Of a DNA stretch of 64,000 nucleotides, positions 10,974-22,287 are shown piece after piece. The translations under genes were made by a program, and so were the position numbers. The first letter of the stretch is position 1, and every line of letters starts with the position of its first letter. The notes beneath the pieces were generated by a model. The model was not told the origin of the DNA and did not search any database. It saw only the letters and a program-made list of their open reading frames with translations. Source of the stretch: Andalucia godoyi And28. Its lineage: Eukaryota > Protista > Jakobida. Location: positions 160,438 through 224,437 of the forward strand of contig VRVR01000028.1 in the NCBI GenBank assembly GCA_009859145.1, written 5' to 3'.

Positions 10974-11222
10974 ATGTCAGTTCTTACGCTTTCGAATGCT
11001 GGACAAGTCGTGTCCGCTACAGGAGACTTTTCGGACGAGACTGTGCAGTCCAAGACTGCGGCTGCGGTGTTGAGACTTGTGCTGGATGCCGGGATCGTCC
11101 TTGAGCAGTCCGGAGACCTTAATCCAAAGCTTGATCATCTGCGGGTCTCGGGAGATGGGTTCGATGTTGTGGTTGCTGTCGGCGGAAATCAAATCATTGC
11201 GCAAAAGGTCAACAAGGAATAG
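10974..11222 (+). CDS. LAMTOR4: Ragulator subunit LAMTOR4-like roadblock protein
   Basis: VLTLSNAGQVVSATGD...TAAAVLRLV...LRVS...VVVAVGGNQIIAQK resembles LAMTOR4. Confidence 0.65.
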   Translation: MSVLTLSNAGQVVSATGDFSDETVQSKTAAAVLRLVLDAGIVLEQSGDLNPKLDHLRVSGDGFDVVVAVGGNQIIAQKVNKE

Positions 11223-11663
11223 TTAAAATGAAGAAGCAAAAGAAAGCAAAACATGCCGAGTATCGTTATGTGGGTTTCCTGTCTTCCTTTCCTCTTTTCT
11301 CTTTCTCCTCCTTTGTTCTTTCTTGGGAGTAACAGTATTGACATGCGTGCTCTCTCAGCGAAAGTCGGATTTGCTACAACGGTTTCTTTATCTTCGTTGT
11401 GCCAAAGACGTTCAGGAGTGGGGAAGTGAGAACTGGGCACAGGAGAGGACTTTTTCCAAATCAATCAAGAATGCCGTAGGATTGTTTCCGGTTTCCCCAC
11501 TTTCCAAAATTCAAGTTCACAGAACCCACCCTCCTTTTCCAGCGTTTCACTCACATACATACATACACACGTACACATCAGCCGAGGAAGGAAGAGCGAG
11601 GACGATGAGACGCAGAGGACGGGAGTTCAGTATAATATCTCTGTTGTTGTCGTCGTCATTGCT

Positions 11664-14600
11664 GTGCTGCTTCTTGTCGCAGCCGTCCAATTCGCTACAT
11701 GTATAGTCGCTCTCACGCTCGCGGACAAGGCAAACAGCGGAGGGCAGGGACCACCATGGTCCCTGCAGTCAGCAGACAGCTCCATGCACATTCCGTTCTC
11801 CGTGATAACAAATCAAACGGCCTCGGTATGGTTAATTAGTGTTCAGTCGCATCAGGGGCTAGTGAAATGGAATGGAACGACAAACAGTGCGGTGTCGTAC
11901 AAAGTGGCAGGTGCCGTAAACACGTACGCATCGTGGCTGTTGTTCACTTGCACCCAGCCTGATGTGAACATCACGCTTGGTGGTCTATATGTACACTCAG
12001 CGAGGTCTACTCCATTCAATGTGTCGATCGCGGTGTATGCGACATCGTTGGCAAGCGTCAGTGATTTCATTTGTTTCCATCCAGTGACCTCGCATTTTTA
12101 CTCTTATACTGTTGCGCCAAATAGTTTCAGTTCAGCAGATGCTGCTGCATCATCGATGACCATGACGGGGATGACGGGCTACCTGGCTACTATCAACACA
12201 CACGATGAGCGCAATGTCACCAGTGCCTGTCTCAACCAGCATGGGATCACTACAGATACTTGGCTGGGATCTCAGGCTGATTATTGGACCAGTGCCTCGA
12301 GTTTTAAGTACTCCTGGGCCGAGCCCGAAGGATTTGTCGTCTATTTCAACAATTCCTGTGGGGGCCTCGGTTTCTGCGGTCATTGTGCAGCAACGAATTC
12401 GTATAGTTGCTGGAGTTCCGGAGAACCGAACTCAGCTGGAGGTGTTCGGTACGTAAAGAGCTCGGGAGTGTGGGTTCTACGGTGTGGGTCCGCGACAACG
12501 GCCAGGCCATCGATGGTGGAATACGGCGGGCCTCTTTCGGGTTATCCAACTTCTTACATCTCGACGGCAAAGGTCCGGCTGTCCCTCAACGTGCAGCCGT
12601 TGCAGTGTCAGCCCGGAACCGAAGTGAACTTCGCAGGCACAAGCTGCATTTCTTGTTCTGGATTCAACTATTCGACAAATGGCGGTGCCTGTGTGCCTTG
12701 TGCTGAGGGCCATCAGCTGAGCGTCGGCCGCACAAACTGCACCCTGTGTCCTTTCGGGAAATATTCCAACACTTCAACGCAACTAAACTGTGTGTTTTGC
12801 GCGAATGGAACACAACCCGCTGCTTCAAGAGAAAGATGCGTGGCCTGCGCATCTGGGCAGTTTAGCAGTCCTGGCCTCGGTGTTGTGAACTGCACACGAT
12901 GCCCAAACGGCACGCAAGTCCGTCAGGGTTTTCATGACTCATGCCTCGAGTGTCCAACTGGATCGTATTCAAATGCCTCGACGCAAGGAGCATGTCTTTT
13001 TTGTCCTGCAGGAAGGACAAATTCCAGCGACCACTCGACCTGTTTGTCATGCGCAGGAAATCAGTACTCGAATGCGACCAATGGGAATGTTTGCATGTTC
13101 TGTCCCCCGGGATCCCAGCCATCGGCCGATTCTTCGCGCTGTGCACAGTGTCCGAGTGGGCAGTACAGCAACGCGACATCCAGCTTTGCGTGTCAGCCGT
13201 GTCCCCCGGGATCCCAGCCGACGCCTGATCATGCGGCATGCGTTTCATGCCCCGTTTATCAGTATTCGAATGCATCGACGGGATTTACTTGCCGAAACTG
13301 TTCCCAAAATGAAGTGGCAACAGTGTCGTTTTGTCATTACTGTCCTTCAGGGAATGCATCCAGCTGTGCGGTTTGTGGTGACGGCTTCGGATCGTCACCT
13401 TCTGGAAGTGGGTGCGTGGCATGCTCGAACGGGACATTCTCGAATTCGACGACCGGCTTTCAATGCAGTCCGTGTGCGAGTGGCTCGACCAGCACGGATG
13501 GCATTTCTTGCACACCATGCACACCCGGTTTTTTCTCCAATTCCTCGACGAATTTTCAATGCGAACAGTGTCCGACAGGGTTCGACTCACCCAGTGAAAA
13601 CCGGAGCGCTTGTTCAGAATGTGCTCCCTTGCACTTTGGATCATTTTGTGCCCTGTGCCCAAGTTGTCTAAATGGCGGAATCTGTGCAGATGGAGTCTTG
13701 AACAACGGAACATGCTTATGTGGTTCTCCATTTGCGGGCGTCGTTTGTGATTCTTGTGCAGCCAACTTTTACGGATATCCGAGTTGCGCTGTATACTGTC
13801 ATGAAGATACCACATGTTCCGGGCACGGATCCTGCGTTGCGACTTCCGGACATTGCAAATGCGCAAGTGGATGGACCGGTACGGGATGTTCGGTTGCAGT
13901 CTCTGCAGCTGCTGCGACTGTGGAGCCACCCTCGTCTTCCTTGGTGGGTAATGTCGTGCAGCCCGGAGTTTCGGAATCAGTTGGGAAGGTTGGGGTTGCA
14001 TCCTCGGCGGCATCCGGGCCGGGAATGGTTTTCCTCCTCGGTAGCATGGAACTTATCACCAGAATGTCCTATATCAACGCGAATTACCCGGTGTGGTACG
14101 TGAAATTCTGCGAAGGGATGATGATGCCGATGTCTTCCTGGACGTTTCCGATTTTGAACGGCGGGATTGCCGTCCCGTCGTTACTAGGATATCCAGCAGA
14201 AACTGTGAATTTGGAGAGTGATCCCAATCTGGAGATTGCCGCTTTGGATCAGGTGGGCACATATGCTTGCCTGGCGGTTCAAACTGTAATCATTTTGTTG
14301 TTTACCGCTTTTGCACTCGCAGCAGGCTTTACACTTGTATACATGGTTATCTTTGTGGTAGCCCTCCTGTGTAGAGTGACTCTGTGGAAATCCATTCCGA
14401 GAGCGGAACAGATGAGACGAAAGGCAGCAGCGGTCTTGCTGTGTCGCTGTGTTTTCGGGTCCTTGTTCTTCATGCTGTATTCTTCCATGTGCCTCCCGCT
14501 CTCTGTAGCCGTATTGAATAGCTTCACCAGCTTTTCGGATTCTCGTCCGGTTGTCGAGCAGGTTTTCCTCGCCGCTTTCATGACGCTGTACTTTGCGTCG

Positions 14601-15428
14601 ACAATCTTTCTTTGGATGCCGCTTCTCCGCTGGTCCCAGAGTCAAGTTGGAACAGCTCGATCCGCTTGCTTTGCGTTCTCTGGATACAAGGACAGCCGAA
14701 GTTACTGGCCGTTCTTCTGCATGACGCTCACCGTGCTCGACGTTCTGGTGATTACCCCGGGAGTTGGTTTGAGGTGCGAAACGCAGCTACCGATCCTGAT
14801 TATTATTGCTCTTCTGCGTATGCTCGGTCTTGTCACGCTCCGTCCACATCACTCGCTACGCGATGCGATCATTGACGGCTGCGTTTTCTTTTTCGACTTT
14901 GCGCAGTTAATTTGCGTTTATACTTTCAAAAACGCCCCGGAACGCAGCAATTCCACCGAGCTTGCAGAATTTTGCCTGGTTCTCGCAGCTTGGCAGATGG
15001 CCACCGTCCTTGCTATCACAGTGATTTCTCTCGTTGACGTTATCATCAACCTTGGAAAGGTTCTGGTGCGCATCCTCCGCATATTTTTCTCTGGCGTTCG
15101 TCGAAGGAGTACGTCGGCAACGAAAATGGAAAATGTTGACAGCGCACAAAAGGATGTTCTGCTTGAGCTGCGCCCTCTCTCATCACTGCGGCTCTTTCCA
15201 GCCTTCTCATCTCACAAATCGTCGACGTCACGCTTACCGCAGTTGTCCAAAAGTTTTCTCGAAAGGGTCCGACCAGCAGCAGCAGCAGAGGTAGCAACAC
15301 CTTCTGCCTCGTCACGTGCCATGCCGCCAGTACCTCCCTCTAATCCTCTTCCGTGGATCTTTCATTCCCACTCTCTTTCTCCGAGTGCGAAGCCGCCGAC
15401 TTTTCCTGACAACGGCAAATCGGACTGA
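11664..15428 (+). CDS. Large cell-surface receptor-like protein: signal peptide, C-type-lectin-like module, Cys-rich GCC2/GCC3 (ephrin-receptor-like) repeats, EGF/laminin-EGF, multi-pass membrane domain
   Basis: GYLATINTHDE...W..GEPN, repeated C..CP.G.YSN.T...C units, CLNGGICADG...C.C and about 7 hydrophobic helices after MSYINANYP. Confidence 0.85.
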   Translation: MLLLVAAVQFATCIVALTLADKANSGGQGPPWSLQSADSSMHIPFSVITNQTASVWLISVQSHQGLVKWNGTTNSAVSYKVAGAVNTYASWLLFTCTQPDVNITLGGLYVHSARSTPFNVSIAVYATSLASVSDFICFHPVTSHFYSYTVAPNSFSSADAAASSMTMTGMTGYLATINTHDERNVTSACLNQHGITTDTWLGSQADYWTSASSFKYSWAEPEGFVVYFNNSCGGLGFCGHCAATNSYSCWSSGEPNSAGGVRYVKSSGVWVLRCGSATTARPSMVEYGGPLSGYPTSYISTAKVRLSLNVQPLQCQPGTEVNFAGTSCISCSGFNYSTNGGACVPCAEGHQLSVGRTNCTLCPFGKYSNTSTQLNCVFCANGTQPAASRERCVACASGQFSSPGLGVVNCTRCPNGTQVRQGFHDSCLECPTGSYSNASTQGACLFCPAGRTNSSDHSTCLSCAGNQYSNATNGNVCMFCPPGSQPSADSSRCAQCPSGQYSNATSSFACQPCPPGSQPTPDHAACVSCPVYQYSNASTGFTCRNCSQNEVATVSFCHYCPSGNASSCAVCGDGFGSSPSGSGCVACSNGTFSNSTTGFQCSPCASGSTSTDGISCTPCTPGFFSNSSTNFQCEQCPTGFDSPSENRSACSECAPLHFGSFCALCPSCLNGGICADGVLNNGTCLCGSPFAGVVCDSCAANFYGYPSCAVYCHEDTTCSGHGSCVATSGHCKCASGWTGTGCSVAVSAAAATVEPPSSSLVGNVVQPGVSESVGKVGVASSAASGPGMVFLLGSMELITRMSYINANYPVWYVKFCEGMMMPMSSWTFPILNGGIAVPSLLGYPAETVNLESDPNLEIAALDQVGTYACLAVQTVIILLFTAFALAAGFTLVYMVIFVVALLCRVTLWKSIPRAEQMRRKAAAVLLCRCVFGSLFFMLYSSMCLPLSVAVLNSFTSFSDSRPVVEQVFLAAFMTLYFASTIFLWMPLLRWSQSQVGTARSACFAFSGYKDSRSYWPFFCMTLTVLDVLVITPGVGLRCETQLPILIIIALLRMLGLVTLRPHHSLRDAIIDGCVFFFDFAQLICVYTFKNAPERSNSTELAEFCLVLAAWQMATVLAITVISLVDVIINLGKVLVRILRIFFSGVRRRSTSATKMENVDSAQKDVLLELRPLSSLRLFPAFSSHKSSTSRLPQLSKSFLERVRPAAAAEVATPSASSRAMPPVPPSNPLPWIFHSHSLSPSAKPPTFPDNGKSD

Positions 15429-15583
15429 AGCCTCATCTGCTGCTCGGCGTCTTCATGATGATGATGGTTCTCCCCCCTTTTTTTCTTTTTCTTTTCCTTC
15501 TTACGCAAGGAGTTTCCGTTTGCTAATTTGCAGTCATTGTTGTCGTTGCTGTTATTATCTAAGCATATCTTTTGGTTTAATAA

Positions 15584-16045
15584 TCATGATAAGCTAAAAG
15601 GTGACAGAAGCATCTGCCCAAGGCCCATCCCAGACACAAGATGTACAATCAGTGCCACAAGGTAGAGCAACGTCAGCGCAATATGACCGAGCATCCAGTA
15701 CAGGGAATCCTTCTTCCACATTGAGATTCTGCGGAAAACATCAATGGGTGCAATCAGATAGCTCTTGTGCAAATATCTTCTTCCGTTGTACACCGTGATG
15801 GGAATGTTCACAAGGAAAAAGAACCAATGTCCCGTGAATAGACTGATGAGCATGATTAGCGCCTGAGTTCCGTATTCAAAAAGCCGAAACAAGTTCACGC
15901 GAGAGCATAGATCCATTGGTGTCACTGCATCCTGCTCCAAGTCCGAGTATGACAACAGATAAAACAAGTTTAGGAAGGAAAGCCCTCCTGAGAGAAAGAA
16001 ACAAAGAAGATATCCAATCAACGAAGTAACCGACAGATCTGGCAT
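15584..16045 (-). CDS. CNIH: Cornichon/Erv14 cargo receptor
   Basis: SDLEQDAVTPMDLCSRVN, HWFFFLVNIP and IAPIDVFR; ATG at 16045. Confidence 0.88.
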   Translation of the reverse strand: MPDLSVTSLIGYLLCFFLSGGLSFLNLFYLLSYSDLEQDAVTPMDLCSRVNLFRLFEYGTQALIMLISLFTGHWFFFLVNIPITVYNGRRYLHKSYLIAPIDVFRRISMWKKDSLYWMLGHIALTLLYLVALIVHLVSGMGLGQMLLSPFSLS

Positions 16046-16386
16046 TTCTCTCCTCTCGCGAAAAAAGAAGCAGCAAAAGAAAAGAAAAGAAAAGATAAGA
16101 AGAAGGCAAGAAGAAAGACAAGAAGAAAGACACTGCCAAAAAAGTCTCTTCTCCTCTCTGAAGTCCAATACAGTTGAACCACGAGGTTTTTTTGTTTTGT
16201 TTTTGTTTTGCAGGAGCACAAGCTTTTGAGTGGATTCTTACCTTTTGTTTTCATCATTTTTATTAATTATTATTATTATTTTCATTTAAAACATTCTGGG
16301 TACATTTAAAATCATCGAACAGACCGTGCATGTATCCACGGTGTAAAAAGGGGGAAGCGTAGATGGTAGAGAACGAAAAAAGTTGC

Positions 16387-19215
16387 TTAGGAAGGAACGG
16401 CCTTCCCGTCATTTGTCTTTCGCTTCTTGGCAGCAAGATCGGCAGCAGAGTCCTTCTTGTCATTGGCGCGAGGAGTTCGTGGGGAAGAGTTTCCTGAAGT
16501 CTTGTGGTGAGTGACGGCAAACGAAAAGTCGCCAGCAGGGTTTCCCGTAACCGTGACATGCGAGTGGTCGAGGAGTTCTTCTGAGATCATCATTCGACTG
16601 AGCGGAGTCACGAAATGGCGCTCCAGATACCTTCGCATTGGCCGAGCTCCAAAGGCAGGCTCGTACGACTCCTTGACCACAATGGCTTTGGCCGAGTCGT
16701 CGATTTCCATCGTGATGTCGTGGTCCTTCTTCAGACGGCGGTAGACATCCTCGAGCTGCAAATCGACGATCTTGAAAAGCATGACACGGTTAAGTGGATT
16801 GAAGATGATGATCTCGTCTAAACGATTCAACAGCTCGGGGCGCAACGTTGCTCGAATTGCTTGCATCACCTTTTCACGCGTCCGGAGAGGAATCTCAGTC
16901 TGCGCTGCATCTGCCAAATTGTCGCGAGTAAGATCCTGCGCGAGATCCGCAAGATGCTCGGCTCCAATGTTGGAAGTGAACATGACCACCGCATTCGAAA
17001 AGTCGATCGTCCGCCCGTGCGAGTCCGTCAAGCGCGCTTCGTCGAGAATCTGCAAGAAGATGTTGTAGATTTGCGGATGGCCCTTTTCAAGTTCATCAAT
17101 GAGCAAGACGGTGTACGGATTGCGACGAACGGCTTCGGTCAGGTATCCACCTTCGTCAGACCGGACGTATCCCGGAGGGGCTCCAATCAACTTTGAAATG
17201 GCATGCGCCTCACTGTATTCGGAGCAGTCAATGCGGACAAGCTGCGAGCTCAGTTCTTGCGCAAGCTTCTTGGCCAGCTCCGTCTTTCCGGTTCCAGTTG
17301 GTCCAGCACACAGCATGGATGCCACGGGCTGGTTCTCACGAGAAAGCCCTGCACGGGAGCGAAGAATTGCATCGGAAATCGCATCGACTGCCGCGTCCTG
17401 TCCCACAACAGCCTTCTTCAGACGGTCTCGAAGCTGTAGGAGCTTCTCCTTTTGCGTCTTTGTCAAGTTGTCCACAGGAACTCCGGTCCAACGAGAAACA
17501 ATTTCCGCGATCTGCTGCGCGCTGACTTCTTCCTTCAACAACGCTCTTGCTTCCATCGATTGGTCGACGCCGGCCTTTTCCAATTCACTGATGCGGGCTT
17601 GCAAATCTGGAATTGCTCCGTAGCGAAGATCGGCGGCCATCGCCAGATCATAGCGACGCTCTGCAGTTTCAATGCGCTGTTGAATCTCCTCGAACTTCTT
17701 GCGGAGATTGCGAAGCTCTGTCATTCTCTGCTTCTCGACGGAATACCGTGCCTTCAGCGGTAACAGCTCTTCGTCAATGCGCGCGATTTCTTCTGTGACT
17801 GCATCCAGGCGCTTGCGGGTTGCATCAAGTTCGCTCTGAGGAAGAGCAGCTTGCTTCGTCTTGGACCCTTCGAGACCAAGTTCCTTGCGCAGCGCCGTTG
17901 CTTCAATCTCCATCTGGAACTTCCGCCTTTCGAGCGTGTCCACAATCTCTGGCTGAGAGTCGAGCTGCACACGAGTCGATGCACAAGCTTCATCCATCAA
18001 GTCGATGGCCTTATCCGGCAAGAAGCGGCCCTGGATGTATCGATGCGAAAGATTGGCTGCCGCTACCAGAGCAGAGTCCAAGATTCGCACTCCATGGTGA
18101 GCTTCATACCGTTCTCGGAGGCCACGCAGAATGGAGATCGTTGCTTCGACGGACGGTTCATTGACTTGTACCGGCTGGAATCGACGTTCGAACGCAGGAT
18201 CCTTCTCGATATGCTTGCGATACTCATCAATCGTGGTTGCTCCAATGCAGCGAAGTTCTCCACGAGCAAGCATGGGCTTCAATAGATTTGCTGCGTCCAT
18301 GGATCCCTCGCCAGTCGACCCAGCCCCAATCACCATGTGAATCTCATCGATGAAGAGAATGATCTTTCCATTCGACTTTTTGACCTCCTCTAAAATGCTC
18401 TTCAGGCGTTCTTCGTACGATCCCCGATACTGCGTGCCGGCCATCATTGCGCCCATGTCCAACGCGTAGATGCGGCAGTCACGAAGCGACTCTGGAACAT
18501 CTCCCTCCACAATGCGTCTTGCAAGTCCTTCTGCAATTGAAGTCTTTCCCACACCGGGAGCACCAACTAGCACGCAGTTGTTCTTTGTTCGTCGTGCAAG
18601 AATGCGAATGACTCTCCGAACTTCTTCATCGCGGCCAATCACAGGATCTAATTTCCCTTGTTCTGCCTGCTCCACCAAGTCGATTGCGAACTTGTCCAAA
18701 GCCTCGTAGTTTTCCTCTGCGTTTTCCGATGTCTTTCGTGCCGCCATCTCTTCGCCGAGCGCCTTGGCCTGCTTCTCAAGCTCGGAAATCGCCACATTCG
18801 CTTCACGAAACGCGTCGCCAAGAATATTTCCACTCGCTTTTGCCTCTTTGCACAGCGCAAGAATGATATCGTCGATTGCAATCTTGGAAGCGGTCGTCGC
18901 TTGCTTTGCACCGCCCTCTGCTTGCGATCCCAGCGAACTCAGAATCCTCGAAAATGCAGGAGACGAACTTGGCTGTGGCGCAGGCTGCTGCGATGTTATT
19001 TTGGAAAGTCTGTTGGAAATTGCACGGTCCAACATGGCTGGATCCGACCCAATCTTGCGAACTAACGATCGTCCAATTCCCTCTGGATCAGAAAAAACCG
19101 CATGCGCAAGATGCAGCGGCGTCACTTCCACATGCCCTCTTTGCTGGGCTAGTTCCACAGCTGCACCAACAGCCTTTCGGGCTTTTGCAGTGAGTTGCTC
19201 AGCATTAAATACCAT
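16387..19215 (-). CDS. HSP104: Hsp104/ClpB disaggregase
   Basis: [29 protein letters not shown], middle coiled coil, [12 protein letters not shown] and FGARPMRR. Confidence 0.97.
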   Translation of the reverse strand: MVFNAEQLTAKARKAVGAAVELAQQRGHVEVTPLHLAHAVFSDPEGIGRSLVRKIGSDPAMLDRAISNRLSKITSQQPAPQPSSSPAFSRILSSLGSQAEGGAKQATTASKIAIDDIILALCKEAKASGNILGDAFREANVAISELEKQAKALGEEMAARKTSENAEENYEALDKFAIDLVEQAEQGKLDPVIGRDEEVRRVIRILARRTKNNCVLVGAPGVGKTSIAEGLARRIVEGDVPESLRDCRIYALDMGAMMAGTQYRGSYEERLKSILEEVKKSNGKIILFIDEIHMVIGAGSTGEGSMDAANLLKPMLARGELRCIGATTIDEYRKHIEKDPAFERRFQPVQVNEPSVEATISILRGLRERYEAHHGVRILDSALVAAANLSHRYIQGRFLPDKAIDLMDEACASTRVQLDSQPEIVDTLERRKFQMEIEATALRKELGLEGSKTKQAALPQSELDATRKRLDAVTEEIARIDEELLPLKARYSVEKQRMTELRNLRKKFEEIQQRIETAERRYDLAMAADLRYGAIPDLQARISELEKAGVDQSMEARALLKEEVSAQQIAEIVSRWTGVPVDNLTKTQKEKLLQLRDRLKKAVVGQDAAVDAISDAILRSRAGLSRENQPVASMLCAGPTGTGKTELAKKLAQELSSQLVRIDCSEYSEAHAISKLIGAPPGYVRSDEGGYLTEAVRRNPYTVLLIDELEKGHPQIYNIFLQILDEARLTDSHGRTIDFSNAVVMFTSNIGAEHLADLAQDLTRDNLADAAQTEIPLRTREKVMQAIRATLRPELLNRLDEIIIFNPLNRVMLFKIVDLQLEDVYRRLKKDHDITMEIDDSAKAIVVKESYEPAFGARPMRRYLERHFVTPLSRMMISEELLDHSHVTVTGNPAGDFSFAVTHHKTSGNSSPRTPRANDKKDSAADLAAKKRKTNDGKAVPS

Positions 19216-19648
19216 CTCTCTTGTTGTCGTAGCAGTAGTAGCAGTAGTAGTAGTTGTTGTTGTTGCTGGAAAAAGCAGATGGAACGAAGAATGACAATGC
19301 TGATTGTAAAAAGTCTTTTCTTTTCCCTCTTTGTTCTTGTGATTATAATTAAAAAAAAGAAGAAGTTGTTGTTCTACGATGCGTATAAGAAATCTACTCT
19401 CTTATGCTGAAATTTGAATGATTTGAGAAAAAGACAAAAGAAGAAGAAGAAGAAAAAAAGGGGGAAAAAAGGATGGAAAAAGAGAAAAGAAGAAGAAACA
19501 GCAAAAGAAAAATGCTGAAGAGAGGCAAAGTTCGATTCCAGGCTTTTTATATCTTAGGAGAAGAATAAAACAAAAAGTGAGTTGTTGCTTAGGAGAGATG
19601 CTTACGTCGACAATATGGTACGTCATATTCCACCTCACCACCTTGTCG

Positions 19649-19662
19649 TTGTGACGTCACAA
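19649..19662. promoter_or_regulatory. 14-bp palindrome TTGTGACGTCACAA (CRE/ATF-like core) in the HSP104-EXO1 divergent promoter
   Basis: Perfect palindrome; GTGACGTCA recurs at 28262-28270 upstream of the Zn2Cys6 gene. Function is inferred. Confidence 0.4.
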
Positions 19663-20016
19663 AAACACGACGAATTAGGTTGTCCGTTCCAAAAATATCT
19701 TTCCCCCCCCCCCCGCTCAAATGGGAAACGGATGCATCAAATGGAGCAAGCATCAAGTGGTCTTTGGTCGAGCGCTGTCGATCGCGCCAGATTGCCATTT
19801 GGCGGGCAAGCCTCTAACCAGTTTTTTTAACCGCGTTTTTTTATTTCTCTCATGAATAACGATAATAATAATTCTTTTTTCATTCCTTCAACATTTCATT
19901 CCTTTATTTTAAAACAAATAATATTATTATTGCGTTTTTCGCAAAGAAGCCAGTTTTCTCGTGAAAATTTTCACCTTTTATTATTCTTGTTCTTCTCCAC
20001 TTTTCCACTCTTGCAC

Positions 20017-22122
20017 ATGGGTGTGACTGGACTGCTGAAGGTCCTGTCTCCGATCACGGACTTCACAAAGATATCCGAGTTCAAAGGGAAGCGAATTGCA
20101 ATAGATGGCTATTCGTGGCTTCACAAAGGATCGTACGGATGTGCGCTGGAGCTGTGCAAGAATATTCCGACAAACCAGTTTGTGAACTACTTTGTCTCCC
20201 GGCTGAAGCTTCTGCACGATTTTGGGATCACCCCTGTTGTTGTATTTGATGGAGATCGGCTTCCTTCGAAAAAACACACCGAGGAAGAGAGACACAAATC
20301 GCGATCCGACAATCTGAAAATGGCGCAGATTTTAGAGGAAAAGAAGCAGATGGCGCAGGCCATTGAGTTTTATCAAAAGGCTGTTGATGTAAGCCCGCAC
20401 ATGGCGCACAAGGTCATCCTGGAACTTCGAAAGCGAAATATTGCATATGTTGTGGCTCCTTACGAAGCCGATGCCCAACTTGCGTTCTTGGCAAGAGAAG
20501 GAATCGTGGATGCAGTCATTACCGAGGACTCCGACTTGCTAGCATATCAGTGTCCGGAGGTTATTGTGAAGCTTGGAAAAACTGGCGAGTGTCAACGAAT
20601 TGCTTACAGGGATGTCTCACAAAGCGCAAAGTCGCCCTTTTACAGCTTTACTGCCGTGCAGCTTGTGCGCATGTGCGTGCTGGTGGGGTGCGATTATCTC
20701 GCCAATGTGCATGGTGTGGGAATCAAGAAGGCCGAGCGCTTGGTTCGCGATCAAAGATCGATCGATCGAATTGTAAGAGCTCTGTCCATTACTCCAGGAG
20801 TTACCGTCCCTCCAAACTATGCCGCCGAAATGGAACGAGCAGAACTCACATTTGCACACCAATGTGTTTTTGATCCGCGGATTCGCAAGACTGTTCATTT
20901 AACTCCAGTTTCGCAGAGTGTTCTTGAAAGAGACATTGGCAAAGATCTTGATTTCCTCGGAAAGCTGCTCGATGATGATGTGGCCGGCGCCATTGCCGAT
21001 GGCTTCATGGATCCCGTTTCCAAGGAAATGTTTCTCATGCCCGTTTCTACCTCCGAGGCCTCAAGAAGCGTCGATAAGGAAAACATCGCGCCGAACCGGC
21101 AGACTGCAGGCCCCGCTGTCAAGAAGGTCCTATCTGCAACCTCGTTTTCGATTGAACGATTTCTGTCGTCGAATGCAAAATCCGTGGAAAATCAAGCGCC
21201 GTCGGCCAACAAGATCCTCGCTCAGTCAAAGGCCGCTCCCGTTCTGTCTGAGCGATCCATCGTGCCTCATGTGCCGGAGCCGAAGCCACTCAAAAAGAGT
21301 CGATTTTTCGGTGGTTCTCCATCTGCAGCATCACAGATTTTTGTTCCTCAGCACCCGTCTCCACGTGCAGCTGCAGGTGACGTAGCGCTTGCTCGCCCGA
21401 CAACTCCAATCCGTGAAGAACGACTGGCCCCCTCGGAGGGGTGTTCAGTGGAAGCACCTGGAGATCAGGATGGACCTCGCAACGAACTGTCAAGCATCGA
21501 GCTGTCGTTGTTGGATGACATGCTGGAGGAGGAAGACTTTTTCATCGAACACGATGAAACTCAGCTGATGAAGGTGCCCGATGTTCTTGTGCTATGCGAT
21601 AACAGCAATGGAGCCCAAAGTCTCGATGACGGTTGCGCGAGCCGCCCCGGGTCTGTCTTTCTTGAAGAGGCGGATGCGGAAGGTACTACGAATTTCTTTG
21701 CAGAGGACGAAGAAGAACTTCGTCCATCGGCTTCTGCAAGTTCCACTGTCGACGAACAGCGAGCGGCAAGTATTGTTCCGAACAATGCGCCGTCGCAGGC
21801 AGCTACGCAAGGATCTAGAATCGGTTCTTCGCAGGATTTTGGACTGCTGGTGATGAGTTCTCGACCCGCATCGGCCCCAGCATCTGCGTCGCATGCTTTT
21901 CAGAAACGGTGGATTTACGATACACCGAAAGTGAAGGAGCTTCCCGCAGGCGACACCAGCATCAGCACTCCGCATGCAGTGTCAGTGTTGAAGGAAGAAT
22001 TCGACGAGGTGGATGGCATTCTTTCACAGATGCGAGAGCGGCACAAGCGTATGCGTCTTCACATCAGTTCTATTCTCTCGCTTACGCAGCACGTTTCAAT
22101 TCCCGAGATGCATCCGTCGTGA
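20017..22122 (+). CDS. EXO1: Exonuclease 1 (XPG/FEN1 family)
   Basis: MGVTGLL, AIDGYSWLHKG, VFDG..LPSK, APYEADAQLA, TEDSDLL, GCDYL and MIP-box-like KSRFF. Confidence 0.96.
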   Translation: MGVTGLLKVLSPITDFTKISEFKGKRIAIDGYSWLHKGSYGCALELCKNIPTNQFVNYFVSRLKLLHDFGITPVVVFDGDRLPSKKHTEEERHKSRSDNLKMAQILEEKKQMAQAIEFYQKAVDVSPHMAHKVILELRKRNIAYVVAPYEADAQLAFLAREGIVDAVITEDSDLLAYQCPEVIVKLGKTGECQRIAYRDVSQSAKSPFYSFTAVQLVRMCVLVGCDYLANVHGVGIKKAERLVRDQRSIDRIVRALSITPGVTVPPNYAAEMERAELTFAHQCVFDPRIRKTVHLTPVSQSVLERDIGKDLDFLGKLLDDDVAGAIADGFMDPVSKEMFLMPVSTSEASRSVDKENIAPNRQTAGPAVKKVLSATSFSIERFLSSNAKSVENQAPSANKILAQSKAAPVLSERSIVPHVPEPKPLKKSRFFGGSPSAASQIFVPQHPSPRAAAGDVALARPTTPIREERLAPSEGCSVEAPGDQDGPRNELSSIELSLLDDMLEEEDFFIEHDETQLMKVPDVLVLCDNSNGAQSLDDGCASRPGSVFLEEADAEGTTNFFAEDEEELRPSASASSTVDEQRAASIVPNNAPSQAATQGSRIGSSQDFGLLVMSSRPASAPASASHAFQKRWIYDTPKVKELPAGDTSISTPHAVSVLKEEFDEVDGILSQMRERHKRMRLHISSILSLTQHVSIPEMHPS

Positions 22123-22218
22123 GACTTGAGGATCGCACTTCCACGTACCGCTCTTTCCAAATGATTTGTCCTTCTTTCTAGGTAGTCGATCGTGTACAAT
22201 AAACATTCCTTGAATAGG

Positions 22219-22220
<2 letters not shown>

Positions 22221-22268
<48 letters not shown>
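22221..22268. repeat. (CA)n microsatellite between the convergent EXO1 and P5CR 3' ends
   Basis: 24 CA units. Confidence 0.97.
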
Positions 22269-22269
<1 letters not shown>

Positions 22270-22287
22270 CGCGCAGAAACGTGCAGA

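Noticed and set aside
16511-19294. Numerous long antisense or overlapping ORFs within HSP104, and likewise in PEPCK, ProRS, ULK4 and CDK1
   Set aside because: Expected shadows of GC-rich coding sequence, with no independent motifs.
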